64,000 bases of DNA, from the NCBI GenBank assembly GCA_002403075.1, contig DHHB01000035.1, positions 22,886-86,885 of the forward strand, given 5' to 3'. Positions 27,417 through 37,090 of this stretch are shown here, in pieces. Made by a program: the position numbers and the translations under genes. This stretch comes from a bacterium UBP1_UBA4783. GTDB lineage: Bacteria; Krumholzibacteriota; Krumholzibacteriia; Krumholzibacteriales; Krumholzibacteriaceae. The notes beneath the pieces were generated by a model. It saw only the letters and a program-made list of their open reading frames with translations, did not search any database and was not told the DNA's origin. Positions within the stretch are counted from its first letter, which is position 1, and the number at the start of each line of letters is the position of its first letter.

Positions 27417-28601
27417 ATGCGAACGCTTCGCCTCGCAGCGGCCTCCGTCTCTCTCGGCGCCGCCTCGTTCGTCCTCGTTTCGTGCGGCGCGGGACGTCTC
27501 GACGAGACGGGCGGGTGGAACGACGAGCGGGCTCTTCTCGACCGGCGCGTCGCCGCGGCGCTCGACGGACACGATTACGCCGCGGCGCTCGCGCTCGCCG
27601 ACAGCGTGATCGCGGCCGGCGAGCGGAGTCCGCGGGCGCTCTCCCAGCGCGCCCTGGCGCTCGAGGGCCTCGGGAGGACGGGCGAAATGATCGCCGATTT
27701 CGAAGAGGCCCTCCTCGCCGACTACGAAAACTGCGAGAACCACCTGCACTTCGCGACGGCCCTCATGCGCGCGGGAAAGACGGGGCGCGCGCATACGGAG
27801 TTCATGGAAGCGAAGCTCTTCTGCGATGCGAGGCACTTTCCGCTGATCTACAGGAACCTCGCCGTGGCGGACATCAAGCTCGAGAGGATCGTCGAGGCGA
27901 AACGGTACGTCGACGAGGGCCTCGCGGCCGCTCCCGGAGATCCCTACCTTCTCGGCCTCAAGGGCATGCTCGTCGCGAGCGAGAGCCCGGCGGCCGCAGA
28001 AAGCCTCTTCGCGAGGGCGTTCTCGGCCGGCGGGGACACGGAGGATTTTCTCGTTCCCTACGCGCTCGTGCTCCTCAACGCGGGCGATGCCGGCAGGGCC
28101 GTGCCCCTTCTCGAGAAGGCGTCCGCAGCCGCGCCCGGGGATCGCGCCGTCCGGGCCCATCTCGCCGAGGCGTACGACCGGGCCGGGCGGCCGCGCGACG
28201 CGGAGGCGGCGTATCGCGCCCTTCTCGCCGAGCGGGACGAGTCCGCTCTCCGGCGCGGTCTCGCGAGGGCCCTCTTCAAGGCGGGGGATTTCGCGGGGGC
28301 CCTCGATCTCTACCGGGGGCTCGAGGAATCGCCCGAGACGATGGACCGCGTCGCGATGTGCCTCCACAACCTGGGGAGAACGGACGAGGCTCTCCCGTGG
28401 GCGAGGCGGGCGAACGAGGCGAGGCCCGACTGGCCGCAGGCGATGACGAACCTCGCCGTCATTCTCGCCGCCGGCGGAGAGCTCGACGAAGCGCAGAGAC
28501 TCCTCGAGCGCGTTATCGTCCTCGAACCGGAGAACGCGGCGGCGCGGACGAACCTCGAACTGCTGCTGCGCGCTCGGAATCCCGATCGCGGCGGCGGATG
28601 A
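27417..28601 (+). CDS. TPR repeat lipoprotein
   Basis: Lipobox FVLVSCG, followed by multiple TPR units across 394 aa. Confidence 0.75.
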   Translation: MRTLRLAAASVSLGAASFVLVSCGAGRLDETGGWNDERALLDRRVAAALDGHDYAAALALADSVIAAGERSPRALSQRALALEGLGRTGEMIADFEEALLADYENCENHLHFATALMRAGKTGRAHTEFMEAKLFCDARHFPLIYRNLAVADIKLERIVEAKRYVDEGLAAAPGDPYLLGLKGMLVASESPAAAESLFARAFSAGGDTEDFLVPYALVLLNAGDAGRAVPLLEKASAAAPGDRAVRAHLAEAYDRAGRPRDAEAAYRALLAERDESALRRGLARALFKAGDFAGALDLYRGLEESPETMDRVAMCLHNLGRTDEALPWARRANEARPDWPQAMTNLAVILAAGGELDEAQRLLERVIVLEPENAAARTNLELLLRARNPDRGGG

Positions 28602-28665
28602 GCGGCGGCAGGCGGGGAAACCGGGGCGAAGACGGGCGGATCCGCGCGGGCCGAGAAAAAATGTG

Positions 28666-28694
28666 CTGACGCGCGCGACTCTTTTCAATAGAAT
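28666..28694 (+). promoter_or_regulatory. candidate sigma70-type promoter of the zinc-ribbon membrane protein gene
   Basis: CTGACG (28666-28671), 17-nt spacer, TAGAAT (28689-28694). Confidence 0.45.
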
Positions 28695-28769
28695 GTCGGC
28701 GGGTGAGGAAACATTCCTCCAATGGAATCGTATTGAGCAGTAGAAGATTCCATTACCGGAGGTAACCGA

Positions 28770-29201
28770 ATGTACTGCACATACTGCGGCAGGGAGCTTC
28801 ACGAGGGAGCGGAGTTCTGCGGCTACTGCGGCAAGCGGCTCGCCGCCGAGTCCGACAAAGCGCGGGGGATCTACAGTCACGAGTTCCTGAGGCTCCGCGC
28901 GCCGAAGGAAATCAAGAACCCCAAAGGCGCCGCGGCGCTCGGATTCTTCTTCAGCTGGATCTTTCTCGGCCCCGTGGGCTACATCTACCTCGGTCAATGG
29001 AACTGGTTCTGGCTCACCTTCATCATCCAGATCTTCGCGTACCCGCTGACCGCGTTCTTCGCCTATCCGCTTCTTCCGATCGTATACGGCATCCACCAGT
29101 ACCAGATGGCGAGGGACGTGAACGAGCTCATATCCGTGCCGCCGAAGGAAGAGAACGCCGACGCCGCGTCGGGCGGCTCCGGCTTCCTCGATCGTCCGTA
29201 G
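28770..29201 (+). CDS. zinc-ribbon domain membrane protein
   Basis: N-terminal CxxC-N12-CxxC (YCTYCG...FCGYCG), then about three hydrophobic helices. SD GGAGG lies 7 nt upstream. Confidence 0.7.
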   Translation: MYCTYCGRELHEGAEFCGYCGKRLAAESDKARGIYSHEFLRLRAPKEIKNPKGAAALGFFFSWIFLGPVGYIYLGQWNWFWLTFIIQIFAYPLTAFFAYPLLPIVYGIHQYQMARDVNELISVPPKEENADAASGGSGFLDRP

Positions 29202-29231
29202 ATCCGGCGCCCCGCCCGGAGGAACAATCGC

Positions 29232-30179
29232 GTGGATAGAAACCTCGCGCTCGAGCTCGTGAGGGTGACGGAGGCCGCCGCGCTGGCGTCCGCGCGCTTT
29301 TTCGGCAAGGGGAATCCGCTCGGGGCCGATCGCTCCGCGGCCGAGGCGATGGAGCTCGCGTTCGCGGGGGTCAAGATCACCGGCCTCGTCGTGATCGGGG
29401 AGGAGCGTCTCGGCGATCACTCGAGACTCTGCGCGGGGGACACGGTCGGCGCGGGAGGGGACGCGCAGTTCGATCTCGCGATCGATCCCGTCGATTGCAT
29501 CGAGGCCCTCGCCGACGGACAGTCGAACTCGATCTCGGCGATCGCGATGGGTCCCCGGGGAACGTTTTCCGCGCCGCCGGCGCCGTTCATGCGCGCGATC
29601 GCCACGGGACCGGAGTCGGCGGACCGGATCGATCTCGGGGCGTCCGTGTTCGACAATCTCGTGCGGATCGCCGAGGCGAGGCGGGTGTACGTGGAGGATC
29701 TGACCGTCTCGATCATCGATCGGGAGATCCATCGGCCCCTCATCGAGGAGGCGCGGCGCGCGGGCGCGCGCATCGAGCTCCAGCGGGACGGCGAGCTCGC
29801 ATCCGCGATCTCGGCGGCTCTTCCCGGGACGGGCATCGACGTCTCGATCGGCACCTTCGACGCGAAACGGGGGATCGTCGCGGCGGCCGCCCTCGCCTGC
29901 ATCGGCGGAGGGTTTCAGGCGCAGTTTCTGCCCGCTCCCGGCACGGATCCCGCCGAGCTCGATCCAGGCCTCGGGAGGATACGCCGCGTCCGCGACCTCG
30001 TCACGGAGGCCAACGTCATGTTCGCGGCGACGGGCGTGTCAAAGAGCGATTTTCTCGACGGCGTCATGTTTCGGCCGGGCGGGGCCGTCACGCACAGCGC
30101 CGTGTTCCGGAGCAAATCCGGCACGATCCGGTTCCTCAAAACCGAGCATTTCTTCGAGAAGACACCCGATTACACCTGA
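29232..30179 (+). CDS. glpX: class II fructose-1,6-bisphosphatase
   Basis: 315 aa. Collinear with E. coli GlpX (LALELVRVTEAAALA, DLAIDPVD, FAATGVSKSDFLDGV). GTG start. Confidence 0.9.
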   Translation: MDRNLALELVRVTEAAALASARFFGKGNPLGADRSAAEAMELAFAGVKITGLVVIGEERLGDHSRLCAGDTVGAGGDAQFDLAIDPVDCIEALADGQSNSISAIAMGPRGTFSAPPAPFMRAIATGPESADRIDLGASVFDNLVRIAEARRVYVEDLTVSIIDREIHRPLIEEARRAGARIELQRDGELASAISAALPGTGIDVSIGTFDAKRGIVAAAALACIGGGFQAQFLPAPGTDPAELDPGLGRIRRVRDLVTEANVMFAATGVSKSDFLDGVMFRPGGAVTHSAVFRSKSGTIRFLKTEHFFEKTPDYT

Positions 30180-30295
30180 ACCCGTCCGCGCGCCGGCGCT
30201 CGGCGCGCTTCCCGCGTTCTGGCGCCCCGGCGCTCCGCCGTGGTATGATGGCGCCGTTCCGCGCGTCCGCGGACGCCGGACGGAAAGGGAGCCCC

Positions 30296-31624
30296 GTGTC
30301 CGATCTCTTCGACAGCAGCCCCGCGCCGCCGCTCGCCGAGCGGATGAGGCCGCGCGCGCTCGAGGATTTCGTCGGACAGGCCGGCCTCGTCGGCGAGGGG
30401 AAGATACTGCGCCGCATCCTCGAGAACGGGAAGCTCGATTCGTCGCTCATATTCTGGGGGCCGCCGGGCTGCGGCAAGACGACCCTCGCCCATCTCATAT
30501 CGCAGGCCGTGGACGCCCACTTCGAGTTCTTCTCCGCCGTCACGGCGGGCATACAGGACGTCAAGCGCGTCGCCGCGGAGGCGGTGAACCGCTCGCGGCT
30601 GCGGGGACGCCGCACGATCCTCTTCGTCGACGAGATCCACCGCTTCAACAAGGCCCAACAGGACGCCTTTCTTCCCTTCATCGAGAACGGCACCATAACG
30701 CTCATCGGCGCGACGACGGAGAATCCGAGCTTCGAGGTGATAGCGCCGCTCCTCTCGCGCTGCCGCGTGTTCGTCCTCGAGCCTCTCGGCGAGGAGGACG
30801 TGGCCTCCGTCGTCCGGCGGGCGCTCGCCGACGCCGAAAAGGGGCTCGGCGGGAGAACGATCGAGGTCTCGGAGGAGGACGTCCGCTACCTCGCGCATCT
30901 CTCGTTCGGTGACGCCCGGACCGCGCTCAACGCCCTCGAGCTCGCCGTCGAGTCGGCCGGACGCCCCGGTGGCGCGATCCGCCTTACGCGCGCCGTCATC
31001 GAGGAAGCCGCGCAGAGAAAGGCGATCCTCTACGACAAGAAGGGGGAGGAGCACTACAACATCATCTCGGCCCTGCACAAGAGCCTTCGCGGCGGGGACC
31101 CCGACGCCGCTCTCTACTGGCTCGCCCGTATGCTCGAGGCGGGGGAGGATCCGCTCTTCGTCGCGCGCCGGCTCGTCCGTTTCGCGTCGGAGGACGTCGG
31201 GAACGCCGATCCGCAGGCGCTCTCGATCGCGCTCGGCGCGATGCAGGCGTTCCATTTCATCGGGCTTCCCGAGGGGAAGCTCGCGCTCGCCCAGTGCGCG
31301 GTCTATCTCGCGCTCGCCCCGAAGAGCAACGCCCTCTACTCGGCGTACGAGGAAGCGGCGCGGGACGTGGCCCTGCACGGAGCGCTCCCCGTCCCGCGCG
31401 ACATACGGAACCCCGTGACGCGGTTCATGAAGGACATAGGGTACGGAAAGGATTACCGGTACCCGCACGAGGATCCGGACGCCGTCGTCGATCAGGAGTA
31501 TTTTCCCGAAGGTCTCGAGGGGCGCCGCTACTACCTGCCCGTCGCGCGGGGCTTCGAACGTGAAATGATTAAGCGGCTCGAGTACTGGCGGTCCCTGCGC
31601 GAGAAGAAAAAAAGCGGGGCCTGA
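30296..31624 (+). CDS. rarA: replication-associated recombination protein A (AAA+ ATPase)
   Basis: Walker A GPPGCGKTT, Walker B LFVDEIHRFNK, MgsA C-terminal domain. GTG 30296 gives an N-terminus (VSDLF...LAERMRP) collinear with E. coli RarA; ATG 30245 is possible. Confidence 0.9.
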   Translation: MSDLFDSSPAPPLAERMRPRALEDFVGQAGLVGEGKILRRILENGKLDSSLIFWGPPGCGKTTLAHLISQAVDAHFEFFSAVTAGIQDVKRVAAEAVNRSRLRGRRTILFVDEIHRFNKAQQDAFLPFIENGTITLIGATTENPSFEVIAPLLSRCRVFVLEPLGEEDVASVVRRALADAEKGLGGRTIEVSEEDVRYLAHLSFGDARTALNALELAVESAGRPGGAIRLTRAVIEEAAQRKAILYDKKGEEHYNIISALHKSLRGGDPDAALYWLARMLEAGEDPLFVARRLVRFASEDVGNADPQALSIALGAMQAFHFIGLPEGKLALAQCAVYLALAPKSNALYSAYEEAARDVALHGALPVPRDIRNPVTRFMKDIGYGKDYRYPHEDPDAVVDQEYFPEGLEGRRYYLPVARGFEREMIKRLEYWRSLREKKKSGA

Positions 31625-31770
31625 GACGCGGCGGGCTCCGGGGGCCTCGGCGCCCGCCGCGCACGCCTCGCCGGGCCGGGAAGGCGGCGCCGGTCGAAGG
31701 AAATTCCCGGCCCCTCCGGTGCGATTTTTCTTCATCTGTAACTATAAGCCGCACAATGTAGTTTGCCTTC

Positions 31771-31799
31771 TTGACAGAATCGTTCCGATGTGTCATAAT
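31771..31799 (+). promoter_or_regulatory. near-consensus sigma70 promoter
   Basis: TTGACA (31771-31776), 17-nt spacer, CATAAT (31794-31799), in an AT-rich intergenic island. Confidence 0.6.
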
Positions 31800-31864
31800 A
31801 GACTCTGAGTAAAGATTTTTTACGAGGCCTGTCGTTGGGGATACGGAGGTCAAAGGATCGGTCT

Positions 31865-32848
31865 ATGAGAATGAATAAAATCATAACGACGAGCGCGATG
31901 ATGCTCGTGTTTCTCGTATCCTTCGGCGTCTCGGCGAGAGCGCAGTGCCAGCCGTCGCTCGCTCTTTCCTCGAGCGCTTCCGGATATCAGTATTTCGTGA
32001 GACTGGCGGTGCATTTCGGCGAGGTTCTCACGAACTCCTGCGACGTGGTCTGCTCCCGCGGCCTCGTCGAGGGGGAGACGGCAGTCAACGTGCCGATCTG
32101 GGCGTACAACCTTCACGAAGGAATGGATTACGCCGAGTTTTCGGTCGCGTCGAACGAGAGCCTCGGCGTTTTCATTCCCGACAACTGCTTCGGCGTCGTC
32201 TCGAGCAGCAGGTCCTACGCGGCGGGCGTCTGGAGGCTCAACGTCGTCGTGCAGGCCTGCGCCGCCGTGTGCGGCCCGGCGCGCGTCGGATACGCCGAGG
32301 TCGTTCGTGTGGCGGGACGCGATCCGGTGTGGGTCGATCTCGGGCCCAACGCCGATACCGGACGGATGGTCGCGCGCGACGCGAGCGGCGGATACCACCT
32401 CGCCTTTTCGCCCATGCACGGCGGATATCTCGGCCAGTCGTATCTCTACGCCTGCCAGGAGCCGATCTGCGAAGAGCCGAACACGACGGCCACCGCTTTC
32501 GACGTGATGCCCGGAGGAGATTGCCGGGTGAAGGTCCGCTGGGCGGCGGGCGGCGGCAACCGCACGATGGTCCGCTGGAGCACGCACCGCTTCCCGACCG
32601 GGATCGAGGACGGGCACCTCGCCTTCGAGATTCCGACCAATCCGGGCCAGGTCTATTACCGGTACCACGTCGAGATACCGACGCCGGCCGTTCTGTACTA
32701 CACGGCGTTCTCGCTCACGCGGGACGCGTCGGGTCTCATCGTCCGCGATTCGTTCGTGGAATGCTCGGCGGTCGACTGGATCCAGATAAAGTGCGAGATC
32801 GCGATCGAGGAAACGAGCTGGGGAGCGATCAAGAGCATCTACCGGTAG
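31865..32848 (+). CDS. Cys-rich secreted hypothetical protein
   Basis: Signal peptide (MRMNKIITTSAMMLVFLVSFGVSARAQ). Many Cys residues. No domain I recognise. Ends ...EETSWGAIKSIYR. Confidence 0.65.
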   Translation: MRMNKIITTSAMMLVFLVSFGVSARAQCQPSLALSSSASGYQYFVRLAVHFGEVLTNSCDVVCSRGLVEGETAVNVPIWAYNLHEGMDYAEFSVASNESLGVFIPDNCFGVVSSSRSYAAGVWRLNVVVQACAAVCGPARVGYAEVVRVAGRDPVWVDLGPNADTGRMVARDASGGYHLAFSPMHGGYLGQSYLYACQEPICEEPNTTATAFDVMPGGDCRVKVRWAAGGGNRTMVRWSTHRFPTGIEDGHLAFEIPTNPGQVYYRYHVEIPTPAVLYYTAFSLTRDASGLIVRDSFVECSAVDWIQIKCEIAIEETSWGAIKSIYR

Positions 32849-32867
32849 CCGCGCGGACGTCCCCGCA

Positions 32868-33554
32868 TCATCCGATCGTATCGAGGAGCGACTCGAACTC
32901 CGCGAGGCCGTCGAGCGCGAGGTCGGCGCCGCCGAGACCGAGCTGCTTCGTGATCTCCGTTTCGATGAGTATGACGCGCATCCCCGCCTCCCGAGCGCTT
33001 CGAACCCCCTTCTCGGCGTCCTCGACCGCGAGGCATCGGCCGGGGGCGACGCCGAGCGCGGCCGCCGCGGCGAGGTAGGTGTCGGGATGCGGCTTCCAGC
33101 GCGCTATCCCGTCCTTTCCCACGATCGCGGCGAAGCGCCCGCCGAGTCCGCACGCGTCGAGTACCGCGCGTATATCCGCTTCGTACGATCCCGAGGCGAT
33201 CGCGAGCGCGAGTCCCCGGCGGCGCAGCCGCTCGATGACGGCGGAGGCCTCGGGGAAGGGTCGGATCGCTCCGGAACGGCAGAATTCCGCGTAGATGGGA
33301 TCCTTTTCCGCTCGTATCGCCGCCGGGTCGAGAGCGAGACCGTAGCGGCGGATTTCGCTCTCCGCGCCGCCGCCCCGCGAGGTCCACTCGAGCCAGTATT
33401 CGTCGCGGTCGATGACGTGTCCGTATTTCGCGAACACCCGCGCGTAGGCCTCGTAGTGGTACGGCTCGGAATCGACGATGACGTTGTCGAAGTCGAAGAC
33501 GACGGCGGTCGAGGCTTCGAGCAGCAGCTTCAGCGCATCGGGCTTGTTCAACAC
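32868..33554 (-). CDS. HAD-superfamily hydrolase (beta-phosphoglucomutase-like subfamily IA)
   Basis: Motif I VVFDFDNVIVDSE, motif II IASGS, motif IV VEDAEKGVRSAREAGM. GTG 33554 (or TTG 33551) overlaps the stop of the upstream gene. Confidence 0.8.
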   Translation of the reverse strand: MLNKPDALKLLLEASTAVVFDFDNVIVDSEPYHYEAYARVFAKYGHVIDRDEYWLEWTSRGGGAESEIRRYGLALDPAAIRAEKDPIYAEFCRSGAIRPFPEASAVIERLRRRGLALAIASGSYEADIRAVLDACGLGGRFAAIVGKDGIARWKPHPDTYLAAAAALGVAPGRCLAVEDAEKGVRSAREAGMRVILIETEITKQLGLGGADLALDGLAEFESLLDTIG

Positions 33555-34444
33555 GGACCTCCCCGGCGCGGGACGCTCCACGGCCTGCCGAGGACGTCCG
33601 TCGCGAGCTTTACCGGCGCGAGAAAACGGAACAGCCGGTACATGAGAAAACACTCGAGGGCGAACGGGGGGAATCCGAGGAACCCGAGAACGGGCATCTC
33701 GAAGAGCTTCACCCCCGGCAGATAGGGAACGTGGTAGTGCCACTTCGTCGCCGCCCTGAAGTTCCACGCTTCCCAGAGCACGCCGCAGACGGCGCCGGAA
33801 ACGAGGAGCGACACGAAGAGCGAGTAATCTCCGCCCCGGAACATTTCGCCGAACGATCCGACGCCGCGGCGGTCGTTCATCCCCTCGAACCACAGGAGCA
33901 CGCTTACCCAGGGAAGCGGCGCGAGCCACGGCGACGGGAAGACGAGCGTCACGGCGAAGAGCGCGAGCCCCGCGTAGAAGAACCCCGCTTCCGCGGCGGG
34001 CGGGACGCCGAGCGGCCGCCGGCCGCGGAAGCGTTCGCCGATGAACGATTCCACGAGCTCCGCCGTAACGAAGATCGCCGGCGTGATCGTCGCGTACGAC
34101 CACGCGTATCCGAGCCAGCGGGCCGCGCGGCCCGGCGGAAGGTTCGCGTAGGACCAGTTCCCGAGCAGTAGGTTCACGCCTTCGAAAACGTACCAGCTCG
34201 CGACGGATATGGGGAGGAGGAGGAGAAACTCCCTTCGGCGCGCGGTAAGGGGGGAGACGCCCGTGCGCGAGGCGATGATCGCGTCGACGAAGACGATGTA
34301 CCCCGTCCAGACGAGCGGAGTGAAGTAGACGCCCGCCCAGACGACGCCCGCGCGGAGCAGCGCCTCGGCGGCGATCACGATCGCCATGCCGATGATCGCG
34401 TGGCGGGCCGTCGAACGACGGGCTGACGGTGTCGGTTCTGTCAT
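33548..34444 (-). CDS. polytopic integral membrane protein, unknown function
   Basis: ATG 34444 (MTEPTPS). At least 7 hydrophobic, Trp/Phe-rich segments. No motif I can name with confidence. Confidence 0.6.
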   Translation of the reverse strand: MTEPTPSARRSTARHAIIGMAIVIAAEALLRAGVVWAGVYFTPLVWTGYIVFVDAIIASRTGVSPLTARRREFLLLLPISVASWYVFEGVNLLLGNWSYANLPPGRAARWLGYAWSYATITPAIFVTAELVESFIGERFRGRRPLGVPPAAEAGFFYAGLALFAVTLVFPSPWLAPLPWVSVLLWFEGMNDRRGVGSFGEMFRGGDYSLFVSLLVSGAVCGVLWEAWNFRAATKWHYHVPYLPGVKLFEMPVLGFLGFPPFALECFLMYRLFRFLAPVKLATDVLGRPWSVPRRGGPC

Positions 34445-34565
34445 GGCGGTTCGGTCTCGGCCGGGGGCGCCGCGCCCGGGGTTTTCGGTTGACGCCGCAT
34501 CCGGCGGCGAATACGCTCCCCGTACTCTATCACGCCGGAGGAAAGGGGACAAGGGATCCCGCGCG

Positions 34566-36101
34566 ATGGAAATCGCTACGGAAGAACGGTACGGAACCCG
34601 TCATCGATGCGGGATCGTTCTCGGCCCGGCTCTGTTCGCCGCCGCTTTCCTCCTTCCGGAGAGCTTCCTGTCGGGCGAGGCGCGCCTTGTAGCCGCCGTC
34701 ACCGCGCTCATGGGCGCGCTGTGGATATGCGAGAGCATCCCTCTCGCCGTGACCGCGCTCCTGCCGGTCGTCATCTTCCCGATCGCCGGCATCGCACCGC
34801 TCCCGAAGACCGCGTCCTCCTACGCCGCTCCGGAGATATTTTTATTCATGGGAGGATTCTTCATCGCCGTCGCGATGCAGCGCTGGGGTCTTCATCGGCG
34901 GATCGCGCTCGGGATCGTCTGTATCTTCGGATGCCGCGGCCCCCGCATCATCCTCGGCTTCATGATCGCGACCGCCGCCATATCGCTCTGGGTCTCGAAC
35001 ACCGCCACGGCGATGATGATGCTCCCGATCGCGCTCGCGGTGCTCCGGACGCTCGAGGAGCACGGCGGCGCGTCGGAGTCGGGGTTCGGAGAGTTCCGCA
35101 CGGCGCTGCTCCTCGGCATCGCCTACGGAGCGAGCATCGGTGGCGTCGGCACGCTCATCGGCACGCCGCCGAACCTCGTGTTCGCGGCGCAGGTGCGGTC
35201 GCTCTATCCCGGCGCGGAGCCGGTGAGCTTCGTGCGATGGATGGCCGTGGGGCTTCCCTTCGTGGCCGTCTTTCTGCCGATCGCATGGCTCTTTCTCACG
35301 CGCGCGGCTCTCCGGGGCTCGCGGCTCGGCTTCGGCGACGCGGGGGAGGCGATCCGCGCCGCGCGGCGCGAGCTCGGTCCCATGAGTCGCGGTGAACGAG
35401 CGGCGCTCGCCGTCTTTCTCGCCGCCGTCGCGGGATGGGTGACGCGCGGAGACGTCGCGATCGGCTCGTTCACCCTCCGCGGCTGGGAGTCGCTCGCGGG
35501 CCTCTCCGGCTACGTTCACGACGCCACGGTCGCCGTCGCGGCGGCGGTCGCGCTGTTCGTCATCCCCGTCGACTGGCGGAAGGGAGTGTTTCTTCTCGAC
35601 TGGCGGGCGGCGAAGGAGATCCCCTGGGGCATCCTCATCCTCTTTGGCGGCGGCATCGCCCTCGGCGCGGGTTTTCTCGAGAGCGGGCTCGCCGCCCGGA
35701 TCGCGGCGGGCATGTCGCTCTTCGCCGGGGCGCCGCTCCCCGTCGTCATCGCGCTCTCCGCGACCATCGTCACGTTCCTCACGGAGATCACGTCGAACAC
35801 GGCCGTCGCCGCCATCATGCTGCCGATCCTGGGCTCGACCGCGATCGGTTTCGGCGTCCACCCCTTCGTGCTCATGATCCCGGCCGCGATATCGGCCTCG
35901 TGCGCGTTCATGCTGCCCGTGGCGACGCCCCCGAACGCGATCATGTTCTCGAGCGGGATGATCCCCATGACCGGCATGGTCCGGATCGGCATCGTCATGA
36001 ACCTCATCGGGGTCGCCCTCGTGACGCTGCTCATGTATCTCGTCGCGATCCCGGTGTTCGGCCTGCGCCTCGCGGATCTCCCCGCGTGGGCCCATCCGTA
36101 A
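34566..36101 (+). CDS. SLC13/DASS family anion:sodium symporter
   Basis: 511 aa polytopic protein. Characteristic SNTATAMMMLPI and the duplicated SNTAVAAIMLPI hairpin motifs. Confidence 0.85.
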   Translation: MEIATEERYGTRHRCGIVLGPALFAAAFLLPESFLSGEARLVAAVTALMGALWICESIPLAVTALLPVVIFPIAGIAPLPKTASSYAAPEIFLFMGGFFIAVAMQRWGLHRRIALGIVCIFGCRGPRIILGFMIATAAISLWVSNTATAMMMLPIALAVLRTLEEHGGASESGFGEFRTALLLGIAYGASIGGVGTLIGTPPNLVFAAQVRSLYPGAEPVSFVRWMAVGLPFVAVFLPIAWLFLTRAALRGSRLGFGDAGEAIRAARRELGPMSRGERAALAVFLAAVAGWVTRGDVAIGSFTLRGWESLAGLSGYVHDATVAVAAAVALFVIPVDWRKGVFLLDWRAAKEIPWGILILFGGGIALGAGFLESGLAARIAAGMSLFAGAPLPVVIALSATIVTFLTEITSNTAVAAIMLPILGSTAIGFGVHPFVLMIPAAISASCAFMLPVATPPNAIMFSSGMIPMTGMVRIGIVMNLIGVALVTLLMYLVAIPVFGLRLADLPAWAHP

Positions 36102-36186
36102 TCCGCCGCGGCGGCGGGCGGGAGAGGATCGGCCCGGCGGCGCGAAAAAAGGCTTTTGGAAGGACCCTTCCCGGCGTTATGGTATC

Positions 36187-36969
36187 GTGATGACGCAGGA
36201 ACGATTCACACGCTATCTCGTCGGCGCCGCGAGCGACCGCGGGTCGATCCGCGAACGCAACGAGGATTACTTCGGCATCGTCTCGCCGGGAACGGCCGAG
36301 CTTGAGGAGTCGCTCGGCGTCCTCGTCGTCGTCTCAGACGGCATGGGCGGCCATCTCTCCGGAGCCGAGGCGAGCAAGAAAGCGGTGGAGACGCTCGGGG
36401 ACGCGTACTACGCGGACGGCGCGGCGGCGGGGGATCTCGCCCCGGCCCGGGCGAACCGGCTGCGCTGGGCGTTTCTCGAGGCCAACCGCGAGGTCTACGA
36501 GACGATCGGCGAGGGGCGCAACGGAATGGCCGGCACGACCTGCACCGCGGCCGTGCTGCTTCCCGATCGCGTCGTCATCGCGCACGCCGGAGACTCGCGG
36601 GCGTACCTCCTGCGCGACGGCGACATCGCGCAGCTCACCGAGGATCACAGTCTCGTCGGCGACATGGTGCGCAAGGGAATCCTCTCCAAGGAGGAGGCCG
36701 CGCGGCACCCGCACCGCAACGTGATCACGAGGGCGATGGGGCTCCGCGGAAGCCTCGACGTCGACATCGAGGAAACTGCTCCGATCGCGCTCGGGGATCG
36801 CGTCCTCATATGCAGCGACGGGCTCTTCTCGATGCTCGGCGAACGGGAGATCGCCGAGATCGCGGCGAAGGGAAGCCCCGAAAAGGCCTGCCGGAAGCTC
36901 GTGAAACGCGCGAAGGAAGAGGGCGGGAGCGACAACATCACCGTGCTCATCGCCGAGAAGATCGCCTGA
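36187..36969 (+). CDS. PP2C-family Ser/Thr protein phosphatase
   Basis: Motifs RERNEDYF, VSDGMGGH, HAGDSRAY, CSDGL and GGSDNITV. Confidence 0.9.
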   Translation: MMTQERFTRYLVGAASDRGSIRERNEDYFGIVSPGTAELEESLGVLVVVSDGMGGHLSGAEASKKAVETLGDAYYADGAAAGDLAPARANRLRWAFLEANREVYETIGEGRNGMAGTTCTAAVLLPDRVVIAHAGDSRAYLLRDGDIAQLTEDHSLVGDMVRKGILSKEEAARHPHRNVITRAMGLRGSLDVDIEETAPIALGDRVLICSDGLFSMLGEREIAEIAAKGSPEKACRKLVKRAKEEGGSDNITVLIAEKIA

Positions 36970-37061
36970 AGCCGCACCGAACGTGTAACACATTTAAATT
37001 ATTAATGTTATGCGCATTGCCGGGGCGTCGAAATCGCTCGGGAAATTCCTGGAGAATAATA

Positions 37062-37090
37062 TTGACACCCCATATCTGGTATGCAATATT
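37062..37090 (+). promoter_or_regulatory. candidate sigma70-type promoter of nrdJ
   Basis: TTGACA (37062-37067), 17-nt spacer ending in TGC (extended -10 TG), AATATT (37085-37090). About 90 nt upstream of ATG 37180. Confidence 0.5.
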
